Positions 8,221 to 15,787 are shown, numbered from the stretch's first letter. The stretch is 44,729 nucleotides of DNA from a virus (IMGVR_UViG_2049941001_000006:1-44729), one strand, 5' to 3'. A program made the numbers and translations. Notes: a model not told the origin generated them from the letters alone.

Positions 8221-9493
8221 GCGGCAGATCAGCAATCGACGTCGTGAACCGCCGCGACAGCGATTCCTGCCGCATGCCCCATGCCGGCCTTGCCCGCCAG
8301 CCTGTCGCTGCTGGCCCGATGACACGCCCACCGAAGCGGCGGTTGATGCCGTCCATTACCGCCATCAGCGCATCGTCGCCAGCAGTGGCCGGAGCAAACA
8401 GATCGGCCTGCAGTGCGGTCGGGCGTGCAAGGTCCAGCAGCACCACGCCGGCCTTTTTGTATGCAATGCCGGTGCGGAACATGCCATCGGCCAGCCGGCG
8501 CACGGCAGCCAGCAGCAGGGTGGTGTCGGATGTGGGGCGGGGCAGGGTGAGGGTACGGCTGGGGTGGTGCTGGGGCAGCTCCGGGCGGAACACGTCGCTG
8601 CGGGCGAACACGCCGATGCCGGCGGCCACCAGCCCGCGTGCACGCAGCTTTTCGGCGGCGCGGCTGGCGAAGCTGGCCAGTGCTTCGCCCAAGGCATCGG
8701 CATCGTCAACCCGCTGCCCGAAGGAACGGCTGACGACAATCTGCTGTCTGTCCGGCTCGACATCTTCCATCGCGATGCAGGGTTTGCCCTGCAACTCGCG
8801 CTGTGTGCGCGCCAGCACCACGCCAAATTCACCCAAGATGGTGTCTGGCGTGGCGTCGCGCAGATCCAGCGCAGTGACGATGCCACGTTCGGCCAGCCGT
8901 GGTGCCAAACGCCGACCGACGCCCCACAGTTCGGCCGCCGGGGTGGCTCGCAGCAGGTCGGCCCGTGCAGCGGGCGACAGCGCCGACAAATCGCACACGC
9001 CGCCCAGTTCAGCCGGGTAGCTGCCGGGCTTGCGGATGGCATCCTTGGCCACGTGGTTGGCCAGCTTGGCCAGCGTCTTTGTCGGGGCAATGCCGATGCA
9101 GTTGGGGATGCCCGTCCAGCGGTGCACGCGCTCGCGCAGCTCACGGGCGAATGCCAGCCGGTCGCGCACCGGCGACAGGTCGAGGAACGATTCGTCGATG
9201 CTGTACGGTTCCACCCGCGGAATGGCATCGCGCAGGATGCTCAGCACGCGGGCGCTGATGTCGCCGTAGAGCGTGAAATTGGCCGAACGCACGGCAATCT
9301 GCCGGCGGATGCGCGGCTCGATTTCGTGCAGCGGGTGGCCCATGCGGATGCCGAGCGCCTTGGCTTCGTCGCTGCGGGCGATGGCGCAGCCGTCGTTGTT
9401 GCTCAGCACCACCAGCGGCTTGCCGCGTAGTTCGGGCTGGAACACGCGTTCGCAACTGGCGTAGAAGTTGTTGCCGTCGATCAGGGCGAACAC
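8207..9493 (-). CDS. umuC: DNA polymerase V catalytic subunit UmuC (Y-family)
   Basis: GTG start. MFALIDGNNFYASCERVFQPELRGKPLVVLSNNDGCAIARSDEAKALGIRMG is the canonical UmuC N-terminus, and the 428-aa length fits. Confidence 0.95.
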   Translation of the reverse strand: MFALIDGNNFYASCERVFQPELRGKPLVVLSNNDGCAIARSDEAKALGIRMGHPLHEIEPRIRRQIAVRSANFTLYGDISARVLSILRDAIPRVEPYSIDESFLDLSPVRDRLAFARELRERVHRWTGIPNCIGIAPTKTLAKLANHVAKDAIRKPGSYPAELGGVCDLSALSPAARADLLRATPAAELWGVGRRLAPRLAERGIVTALDLRDATPDTILGEFGVVLARTQRELQGKPCIAMEDVEPDRQQIVVSRSFGQRVDDADALGEALASFASRAAEKLRARGLVAAGIGVFARSDVFRPELPQHHPSRTLTLPRPTSDTTLLLAAVRRLADGMFRTGIAYKKAGVVLLDLARPTALQADLFAPATAGDDALMAVMDGINRRFGGRVIGPAATGWRARPAWGMRQESLSRRFTTSIADLPHAFC

Positions 9494-10320
9494 AGCGGGA
9501 TGACCTCATGCCGTCCGGCCAGCAGCGGGCCGGCGAGGATGTGGTAACCGTCGCGGTCGAACCCGGGGGCCGGCGTTTGCAGCTTGCGGGCGGCCCGCAG
9601 GGTGTCCGCGCTGCCCAGATAGTGCCAGTTGTCCACGACGTGCAGTTGCCGCATGTCTTCGCCGCGCTCGACGATGGCTACCGGGCCGTCATAGGGCCAG
9701 ATGGCCAGCCGCAGGCGATTGAGGGCATGGCGCAGGCGTTCGTCGTGGGCCGGCACCGGCTCACGGTGGCAGCAGATGCCACGGCATTTGCCCAGTTGGG
9801 CGCGGAAACAGGGCTGGCCCGCCGCAACCGGCTCTATGCCCAGTCGCCCGTAGCACAGGCCGGCCTCGTCGGCGATGGCGCGCAAGGCCTCGACGGCGGC
9901 GTGGCGGCTGCCATACACGCCGTACAGCGTGCCATCCGGCGCGCGTTGATGTGATTCCACAATCTCCGGCCGGCCATCGCCTCCCAGCCGGATGGAGCAC
10001 AACCGACGCTGGCGGCGCAGGCGCTTGTTGTGCAGCGGTTGGAGCTGTTTGATCAGCCGCGCTTCCAGCAACTGGGCACCGAGGTCGCCGGCGGTGCGGA
10101 TGCAGTCGATGCGGCGCGCCTGACGCAGCAGGCGGGCTTCGGCGGCGGTGCGCAGGTGAGCCATCACACGGCTGCGAATGTCCACGCTCTTGCCGATGTA
10201 CAGCGGCATGTCGTGCGCGTCGTCGCGGAACAGGTAGACGCCGGGTGCATGCGGCAGATCGGCCAGCGCGGGGCGCAGGTGCTCCGGGTATTCGTAGGGC
10301 GTGGGGTCAGGCGCGCGCAT
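9481..10320 (-). CDS. cho: Cho-like GIY-YIG excinuclease (UvrC homologue)
   Basis: YEYPEHLRPALADLPHAPGVYLFRDDAHDMPLYIGKSVDIRSRVMAHLRT...LLEARLIKQLQPLHNKRLRR...GFDRDGYHIL matches E. coli Cho (YdjQ) block for block, from memory. The gene overlaps umuD by 14 nt and umuC by 13 nt. Confidence 0.85.
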   Translation of the reverse strand: MRAPDPTPYEYPEHLRPALADLPHAPGVYLFRDDAHDMPLYIGKSVDIRSRVMAHLRTAAEARLLRQARRIDCIRTAGDLGAQLLEARLIKQLQPLHNKRLRRQRRLCSIRLGGDGRPEIVESHQRAPDGTLYGVYGSRHAAVEALRAIADEAGLCYGRLGIEPVAAGQPCFRAQLGKCRGICCHREPVPAHDERLRHALNRLRLAIWPYDGPVAIVERGEDMRQLHVVDNWHYLGSADTLRAARKLQTPAPGFDRDGYHILAGPLLAGRHEVIPLCSP

Positions 10321-10801
10321 GGTGGCGTTCGCGGGTGGTGCGGCGGCTCATCTGCCGGGCAACGCCGACCACGGCGAAGATTTCCGGCTCGGCCTCTGCG
10401 GGCAGCACGATGGGCTTGTGGTGCGGGTTGCGGCTGTGCAGCTCGATGCCGGTCGTGCCGACCACAAGCACTTTGCACACCGGCTGGTTGCCGTCCCAAG
10501 TGGCCACAACGATGTCTCCGTTGAGCGGCGTGACCGAGCGATCGACGATCAGGATGTCGCCATCGCAGATGCCGGCCAGCAACATCGAATTGCCCTCGGC
10601 CCGGTACAGGTACGTCGCAGCCGGGTTGCGGATGAGGTGGGCGTTGAGGTCCAGCCAGTCGTCGAGAAAGTCCTCGGCGGGCGACGGAAACCCGGCCCGG
10701 ATGCGCACTCCGCCCAGCGGCAGCGCAAGCGGCGGCGGCTCGATGGCCACCGCGCCGAGCGGGCGGGCGAGGGTTTCGGGTTGGGGGAGGGGTTGAGGCA
10801 T
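10307..10801 (-). CDS. umuD: UmuD (LexA-like S24 self-cleaving peptidase)
   Basis: ATG 10801; an alternative GTG lies at 10813. RAGFPSPAEDF gives the Ala-Gly cleavage site, GNSM the Ser nucleophile, and VCKVL the Lys. Confidence 0.9.
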   Translation of the reverse strand: MPQPLPQPETLARPLGAVAIEPPPLALPLGGVRIRAGFPSPAEDFLDDWLDLNAHLIRNPAATYLYRAEGNSMLLAGICDGDILIVDRSVTPLNGDIVVATWDGNQPVCKVLVVGTTGIELHSRNPHHKPIVLPAEAEPEIFAVVGVARQMSRRTTRERHHARA

Positions 10802-10832
10802 GATGACGTCCACATCGGCAGACGGCCGGATG

Positions 10833-10848
10833 TTAGTATGAATACTAA
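10833..10848. promoter_or_regulatory. SOS (LexA) box of the Xanthomonadales type, TTAG-N6-TACTA
   Basis: TTAGTATGAATACTAA has 7-bp perfect inverted arms (TTAGTAT/ATACTAA). It lies 32 nt upstream of the umuD ATG, in the divergent umuD/lipoprotein intergenic region. It is the only such site in the window. Confidence 0.75.
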
Positions 10849-10875
10849 AACCGAATGTGAACAGAGGGGTGTCTC

Positions 10876-11238
10876 ATGGGGCGAGATTTGCGGGTGGAGC
10901 GGGCAGTGGGATTCGGGCTGGCGCTGGTGCTGGCCGGTTGCACCAGCTACGGGGAATTGCAGTCGCAGCCGGCCAAGGCCGTGCTGCATTCGGCCAAGTC
11001 TCCGGCGGCGTTCGCCGGGTGTGCACTGCCGAAGCTGCGCGAGCTGTGGCCCACGGTGGAAACGCTGCCCGATGGCGATGCCACGGTGTACGTGTCGCCC
11101 ATCGAACGTTCCACCACCGTTGGCGCCACGCTGCGGGTGGCCCCGGCCGCCGACGGCGGAACCGACATCGAGTTCCGGGACATCAGCATCCGCAAACGCG
11201 AGAGCCGCGAGGTGGCCGTGCTGCGCGGGTGTTTGTAG
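10876..11238 (+). CDS. Lipoprotein (moron), function unknown
   Basis: AGAGGGG RBS. The signal peptide has the lipobox VGFGLALVLAG-C. The gene is divergent from umuD. Confidence 0.7.
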   Translation: MGRDLRVERAVGFGLALVLAGCTSYGELQSQPAKAVLHSAKSPAAFAGCALPKLRELWPTVETLPDGDATVYVSPIERSTTVGATLRVAPAADGGTDIEFRDISIRKRESREVAVLRGCL

Positions 11239-11255
11239 GGCGGGGGTTTCAGCAC
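11214..11255. repeat. Direct repeat B (partner of 7873..7916)
   Basis: It shares GGCC.TGCTG..GCGCGGGTGTTTGTAGGG..CAGCAC with repeat A. Here it forms the genuine 3' end of the lipoprotein gene. Confidence 0.8.
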
Positions 11256-11335
11256 GGCGCCGACGGTGCCGCGGCCGATGCGACGGTTCCGCCGCCGCCT
11301 CGTCGATCCGGCGGCCTAACCCCGGCCCCGGCAAC

Positions 11336-11364
11336 TGCCCGCCTGTACAGTTGACAGGCGGGCA
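11336..11364 (+). promoter_or_regulatory. Strong hairpin (11-bp stem) between the lipoprotein gene and the lysis cassette
   Basis: TGCCCGCCTGT-acagttg-ACAGGCGGGCA. No T-tract follows. A second 8-bp hairpin, GGCGCCTG..CAGGCGCC (11374..11400), abuts the endolysin start. Confidence 0.35.
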
Positions 11365-11402
11365 TTGCGTCATGGCGCCTGGTCAGCAACGACAGGCGCC
11401 GC

Positions 11403-11939
11403 ATGACGATCGACACCACCTCTCTGGCCTGGGGTGATCTGGTTTCCCGGGCGTTCCGCGAGCGCGTGTTCGCGCTGTGCCGGCGCCGGCAGATGGTGCC
11501 GGACTACCTGATGGCCTGCATGGCGTTCGAGAGCGCGGAGACGTTCAGCCCCAGCATTCGCAATGCCGCCGGCAGCGGCGCCGTGGGGCTGATCCAGTTC
11601 ATGCCGGCCACGGCGCGGGCGCTGGGCACCAGCGTGGAGGCGCTGGCGGCGATGAGTGCCGAAGCGCAGCTGGATTACGTCGAGCGCTACTTCCGGCCCT
11701 ACAGCGGTCGGCTGATGAGCCTGTCCGACACCTATATGGCCATCCTGTGGCCGGCGGCCATCGGGCAGCCGGAGGATGCGCCGCTGTGGACCCGCACCAG
11801 CCGGCCCACCACCTACCGGCAGAACGCCGGGCTGGACGACGACAAGAATGGCGCCATCACCAAGGCAGAGGCCGCGGCCAAGGTGCGGCGCATGCTGGAG
11901 CGCGGGCTGGCGCCGAGCCGGCGGTGGTTGGCGTCATGA
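11403..11939 (+). CDS. Endolysin, SLT-domain lytic transglycosylase
   Basis: CMAFESAETF provides the catalytic Glu-Ser, and GAVGLIQFMPATARALG is the characteristic goose-type/SLT motif. Confidence 0.85.
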   Translation: MTIDTTSLAWGDLVSRAFRERVFALCRRRQMVPDYLMACMAFESAETFSPSIRNAAGSGAVGLIQFMPATARALGTSVEALAAMSAEAQLDYVERYFRPYSGRLMSLSDTYMAILWPAAIGQPEDAPLWTRTSRPTTYRQNAGLDDDKNGAITKAEAAAKVRRMLERGLAPSRRWLAS

Positions 11940-12391
11940 ACGAGCCCGTGACCGCGTTCAAGCTGTCGCTGCTGACGATGGCGGCGCTGGCCGTCCCGGC
12001 CGCGGCCGATACCGCGGCGGAGGCCGAGCGCATCATCCTCGGCGCCCGTGAATCCGTGCTGCTGGTGGCGCTGGCCGGCAGTTTCATCGGCGCCTGCATT
12101 CTGCCGCGCTCCGACATCGCGCGCCTGTTGCCGGACCCCGGTGTGAGCTGGCCGCGAGCCGTCTGGCAGGTGCTGGTGCGCGGGGCCGGATTTGCGTTCG
12201 GCGTGCTGGCCTATGCCCAGGTGGCTGCCTGGGCCGTCGATCTGCTGCCGGCGATCTGGGACAGGCTGGCCGGGGCGCCGGCGTTGCCACTGGCCGGGCT
12301 GGCCGGCGTGGGGGCGCGGCCGCTGCTGCCGCGCTATCTGCAATTCCTGGGCAATCGCGGTGCCCGGCCGCGTGATGGAGGTGCGCAATGA
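11936..12391 (+). CDS. Holin-like multi-pass membrane protein
   Basis: ATGA overlap with the endolysin. There are 3-4 hydrophobic segments (FKLSLLTMAALAV, VLLVALAGSFIGACIL, GAGFAFGVLAYAQVAAWAV). It lies between the endolysin and the spanins. Confidence 0.55.
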   Translation: MNEPVTAFKLSLLTMAALAVPAAADTAAEAERIILGARESVLLVALAGSFIGACILPRSDIARLLPDPGVSWPRAVWQVLVRGAGFAFGVLAYAQVAAWAVDLLPAIWDRLAGAPALPLAGLAGVGARPLLPRYLQFLGNRGARPRDGGAQ

Positions 12392-12876
12392 CGCTGACCG
12401 CCGTATTGGATGCACTGATGTCTGCCTGGCTGTGGTTCTGGGAGCTGCTGCGGCGCGGGTTCGATTGGCTGCGTGAGCCGGGCAACGGGCTGAAGGCGGT
12501 GTGCGGAATGCTCGCGTTCGCCTGCGCCACCGCCTCGCTGGTGGCGTTCGAGCGCGAACAGCGGGTGCTGGCACTGCGACAGGAACTGGCCGAGCAGGTG
12601 GAGGAATGCGATCTGTCGATCGCCGAGCTGCAGGCAGCGGTGGCCGAGCGCGATCGGCAGCTGGACACCGTGGCCCGGGCACTGGAGGCCGAGGCCGAGC
12701 GGCTGCGCCAGGCCAAGGCCGAGAATGCAGCGGCCCTGGCCGCGCTGGGTGACCGGCTGGCGCAGGCCGAACAGCGTGCCCGGCTGTGGCAGCAACGCTA
12801 TGACGGTCGCCCCGCAGGCTGCACGGCGGCCATCGCCGCCCTCGATGCAGCCTGCCCGACGCTCAAGGGGTACTGA
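12388..12876 (+). CDS. i-spanin (Rz-like)
   Basis: An N-terminal TM (LKAVCGMLAFACATASLVAF) is followed by a long Ala/Glu/Arg coiled-coil. ATGA overlap with the upstream gene. Confidence 0.7.
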   Translation: MTLTAVLDALMSAWLWFWELLRRGFDWLREPGNGLKAVCGMLAFACATASLVAFEREQRVLALRQELAEQVEECDLSIAELQAAVAERDRQLDTVARALEAEAERLRQAKAENAAALAALGDRLAQAEQRARLWQQRYDGRPAGCTAAIAALDAACPTLKGY

Positions 12877-12878
12877 TC

Positions 12879-13145
12879 ATGCGCATGTGGATGTTGCTGG
12901 GGTGCGGGTTGCTGTCCGGGTGCGCCGCCACCGCCGTCAAGCCGGGCGCGCCCGCCGCGGTGCTGGAGGTGCCGGTGGCCACCTATGTGCCCATCGATGC
13001 TGCGCTGACCGCCCGCTGCGACTGGCCCCGCGATGCCGCGCCCTCGCGGGTGTTCACCGTGGCGGCGGCGCGACGGCGCTGCCTGGAGCGCTACGAGGCC
13101 CAGTTCGAGGCGATCGAGCAGGTCCAGGGCCGGCCGGTGCCCTGA
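12879..13145 (+). CDS. o-spanin (Rz1-like outer-membrane lipoprotein), separate architecture
   Basis: Lipobox MLLGCGLLSG-C, 88 aa, immediately after the i-spanin. Confidence 0.75.
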   Translation: MRMWMLLGCGLLSGCAATAVKPGAPAAVLEVPVATYVPIDAALTARCDWPRDAAPSRVFTVAAARRRCLERYEAQFEAIEQVQGRPVP

Positions 13146-13724
13146 TCATTCCATCACGGCAAGGATGGTGCAGCGGCAAAAGTGCCCGTCGCAATGCTCG
13201 TACGACGGCAATTCGCCCACGGCCTCGATGGGGTGCGGTCCGGCGGCGGCGGCACGGGCGCAGGACGGGCAGCAATCCGGGGCCGACACTACCCGGAACG
13301 CCCGGTACCCGCATTCCAGGTAGTTGACGCGCCGGGCGTGTACCTGGGCCAGCGCGACTTCCTGCGTAACCGTTTGCTGCAGCACATTGCGAGGAGTGTC
13401 CGGGAACCGGCAATGCAGCTTGCGGGCGATATTGGCCGGGTTCATGCCGTCGAATTGACGCTCCTGCAGGGCCTGGCACACGGCATGCCGCAATGGTTCT
13501 GCGGCGGGGTCCAGCTCGGCGCAGCGTGCCGCGTACTGCGTACGAACGCGGTCCTGCGCCCTGGCAATAGTGGTCTGCACCGGGTCAGGTGCCCGCACGG
13601 GCATCGCCCGGGCGCGGCCGGTGATGCCCAAGAACACCCCCTGCAAGAATGCCCCGACGTGGCTCATTGTCTGTTCCCCGGCCAGATGGGCGAGGCCGCG
13701 GGTATCCCCGCGGCCCGCAATCAT
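13146..13724 (-). CDS. Stand-alone MuF / SPP1-gp7-like C-terminal domain protein (paralogue of the portal-fused MuF domain)
   Basis: TQEVALAQVHARRVNYLECGYRAFRVVSAPDCCPSC..GPHPIEAVGELPSYEHCDGHFCRCTILAV aligns with portal-fusion residues SEIAAAQVRGKRDMYRANGYDQYGWVAAPDACPIC..GPYRLDDPEAPLPMTDSHPNCRCSIRAV. ATGA overlap with the upstream lipoprotein gene. Confidence 0.65.
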   Translation of the reverse strand: MIAGRGDTRGLAHLAGEQTMSHVGAFLQGVFLGITGRARAMPVRAPDPVQTTIARAQDRVRTQYAARCAELDPAAEPLRHAVCQALQERQFDGMNPANIARKLHCRFPDTPRNVLQQTVTQEVALAQVHARRVNYLECGYRAFRVVSAPDCCPSCARAAAAGPHPIEAVGELPSYEHCDGHFCRCTILAVME

Positions 13725-14296
13725 TCTCCCGACAGGAATCTCAGCAGTCCAACGTCGTTGAGAATCTTCCTCAGCAGGTCGGCTAGCCCGGAGTTGATGT
13801 CGTCCGAATTCTTCCCGGCCGTCGGGACCACGACCACACGGCGCTCATTCTCCGTTCGGTACATCTGCTCGAAGTTGTCACCAGGCCGACGAGCAACGGC
13901 CTTGATCGCGCCGTTGACATGAATACCGCCTGTCCAGAACCCCGTGGACGTCGAATACTCAAAATCACGGAGTTCGAGCTTCAGCTCCGTTGGCTCATCC
14001 CTTGAATCTGATACTGCGAACCCCTTCGCCTTCAGCCCGGCAGCCACCTTGTCGTGAACGACCACGGCCAGATCCCTATCGGACTTGATTTCCGCCGCGC
14101 GGGCGATGGCCGCCGTCCCCCGGCGGCCAAGGCTGTTGCTGGCGCGCTCATCCACCACGATCAGCCCCACGGCTTTCCCCGCCCCCATGTCCGACGGGAC
14201 AACCTCTACATGAGGATCTAATTGCACGGTCTGGGAGTTGAATGCACACCCCGACAGCCCTGCGACGATGATCACCGTAAAGATGGGACCTTTCAT
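13721..14296 (-). CDS. YajG-family lipoprotein (moron in the repressor operon)
   Basis: ATG 14296 lies behind GGAGGAGG. Lipobox IIVAGLSG-C. ..LDPHVEVVPSDMGAGKAVGLIVVDER..LKLELRDFEYS..GGIHVNGAIKAV resembles the E. coli YajG family. GC is visibly lower than in the neighbouring genes. Confidence 0.7.
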   Translation of the reverse strand: MKGPIFTVIIVAGLSGCAFNSQTVQLDPHVEVVPSDMGAGKAVGLIVVDERASNSLGRRGTAAIARAAEIKSDRDLAVVVHDKVAAGLKAKGFAVSDSRDEPTELKLELRDFEYSTSTGFWTGGIHVNGAIKAVARRPGDNFEQMYRTENERRVVVVPTAGKNSDDINSGLADLLRKILNDVGLLRFLSGE

Positions 14297-14377
14297 GCCT
14301 CCTCCTGATTGGTTGATTGATTGCGTTGCACGGTCAGGCCCCACCAGCGTGGCCCCGGCCGTCCAATGCATGACGTT

Positions 14378-14710
14378 TCATTGCAGCCCCAAGAACTGTA
14401 TCAACCCCCGGCGCTGTTGGTCGTCCAGCCCGCGCAGCCATCCCTGCAATTTCGCCAGGTCGGCCGACTCATACGGCGGTGCAGTGTCGCACACACATGC
14501 CCCCGCCGCCGGGACGGGGAAAAGCAGCGCGTCTGCCGACGCAAGGTACAGCTGGCACAAGCGCCTGAACGTCTCGAGCTGTGGAAGGTACTTGTCATTC
14601 TCCCATGCTGAGAGAGCGCCCTTCGTGACTTCCAGCTCGGCCGCGGCCTGCAGTTGCGACAACCCTGCCTTTTCGCGGGCAGCGCGCATCCGAGCGCCCA
14701 ATGAATCCAT
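14378..14710 (-). CDS. CI-like repressor (XRE-family HTH, no S24 peptidase domain)
   Basis: MDSLGARMRAAREKAGLSQLQAAAELEVTKGALSAWENDKYLP is an XRE HTH. The gene is divergent from the cro-like gene. The first ATG is at 14710; the longer track ORF starts at a TTG. Confidence 0.8.
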   Translation of the reverse strand: MDSLGARMRAAREKAGLSQLQAAAELEVTKGALSAWENDKYLPQLETFRRLCQLYLASADALLFPVPAAGACVCDTAPPYESADLAKLQGWLRGLDDQQRRGLIQFLGLQ

Positions 14711-14754
14711 GGCGGGAGTATAGGCAGGCTCAACCCGCCGGGGGTTAGCTAGTG

Positions 14755-14783
14755 TTGACAACGCGGTTTAGCTCATCTAACCT
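14755..14783 (+). promoter_or_regulatory. Candidate early rightward promoter (TTGACA-17 nt-TAACCT) in the cI/cro switch region
   Basis: TTGACA at 14755-60 and TAACCT at 14778-83, with the cro ATG only 10 nt downstream. GTTAG/CTAAC half-sites (GGTTAGCTAG, GTTTAGCTCATCTAAC) are candidate operators. Confidence 0.35.
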
Positions 14784-14792
14784 GCGGTCAAC

Positions 14793-15026
14793 ATGAAAAC
14801 GACCTCCTCCAGCACCCCCCATCCGCTGCGCCGCCTGCGCATCAAGCACAACCTCTCGCAGGCAGCCCTTGGGAAGAAGCTGCGCCCCGCCGCAACCAAG
14901 GGGGCTATCTCGCAGTGGGAGAACGGCATCACCGCCCCCAAGCCGGGCACTGCCATCCAGTTGGTCGAATTGTTCAAGGGCGAGCTGTCCATGGACGATC
15001 TCTACCGACATGGGAGGGCCCGCTGA
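14793..15026 (+). CDS. Cro-like XRE HTH regulator
   Basis: LRRLRIKHNLSQAALGKKL..KGAISQWENG is an HTH motif. 77 aa, and the first gene of the rightward operon. Confidence 0.8.
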   Translation: MKTTSSSTPHPLRRLRIKHNLSQAALGKKLRPAATKGAISQWENGITAPKPGTAIQLVELFKGELSMDDLYRHGRAR

Positions 15027-15787
15027 TGCGCGCCCTCGGCTACATCCGCGTCAGCACCCGCGGGCAGGCCCAGGACGGGCACAGCCTGGAGGTGCAGCAG
15101 GCCCGGCTGCAGGCCTGGTGCATTGCCCGCCAACTGGAGCTGGTCGGCACCGTGGTGGACGCCGGGGTCAGCGCCAGCAAGCCGCTGGCAAGGAGGCCAG
15201 GCGGCGCGCGGCTGCTGGCGCGCATGGCCGCCGGAGAGGCCGACACAGTGGTGGTGGTGACCATCGACCGGCTGTTCCGCGATGCCCGCGACGGCCTCAA
15301 CACGTTGCTGGGCAGTGACGGGCGGCCCGGTCTGCCCGTGCAGTCGGTCGCAGAGCCGCTGGACACCTCCAGCGCGATGGGGCGCTTCATCACCCATGTC
15401 TGGCTGGCCAAGGCCGAGCTGGAGCGCGCCCAGACCTGCGAGCGCACACGAGCGGTGGTGCAGCGCCGGCGGGAGGCCGGGCTGGTGGTCGGCACCACGC
15501 CCTACGGCACCCAGGTCATCGGTGGCCGCCTGTACCGCGATCCGGCCACCTGGCCGCAACGCGAGCTGATCATCCAGCTGCGCGGGCAGGGCGCCGCGGC
15601 GCGCCCGTACAGCGAGATCGCCGCCGAGCTGCGGCGGCGCGGCATCGCCTCGCCGAGCGGGAAGCCCGGCTGGGGCAAGACAGCAATCGCGCGCGTGGTG
15701 AGGACTCATGGCGCGCTCAAGGATCTGCCGGCGGCGCCGGCCGGTCACGAAACCCCCGTTTCTGCTGCCGAGGAGGCAAACCAATGA
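15026..15787 (+). CDS. Serine recombinase (resolvase/invertase family, 253 aa)
   Basis: MRALGYIRVSTRGQAQDGHSLEVQ carries the catalytic Ser motif, followed by ..VVVVTIDRLFRDARD..MGRFITHVWLAKAELERAQTCERT. ATGA overlap with cro. Confidence 0.85.
   Translation: MRALGYIRVSTRGQAQDGHSLEVQQARLQAWCIARQLELVGTVVDAGVSASKPLARRPGGARLLARMAAGEADTVVVVTIDRLFRDARDGLNTLLGSDGRPGLPVQSVAEPLDTSSAMGRFITHVWLAKAELERAQTCERTRAVVQRRREAGLVVGTTPYGTQVIGGRLYRDPATWPQRELIIQLRGQGAAARPYSEIAAELRRRGIASPSGKPGWGKTAIARVVRTHGALKDLPAAPAGHETPVSAAEEANQ

Noticed and set aside
8195-9430. 411-aa plus-strand ORF
   Set aside because: It is antisense to the unmistakable umuC gene, so it is a shadow ORF.
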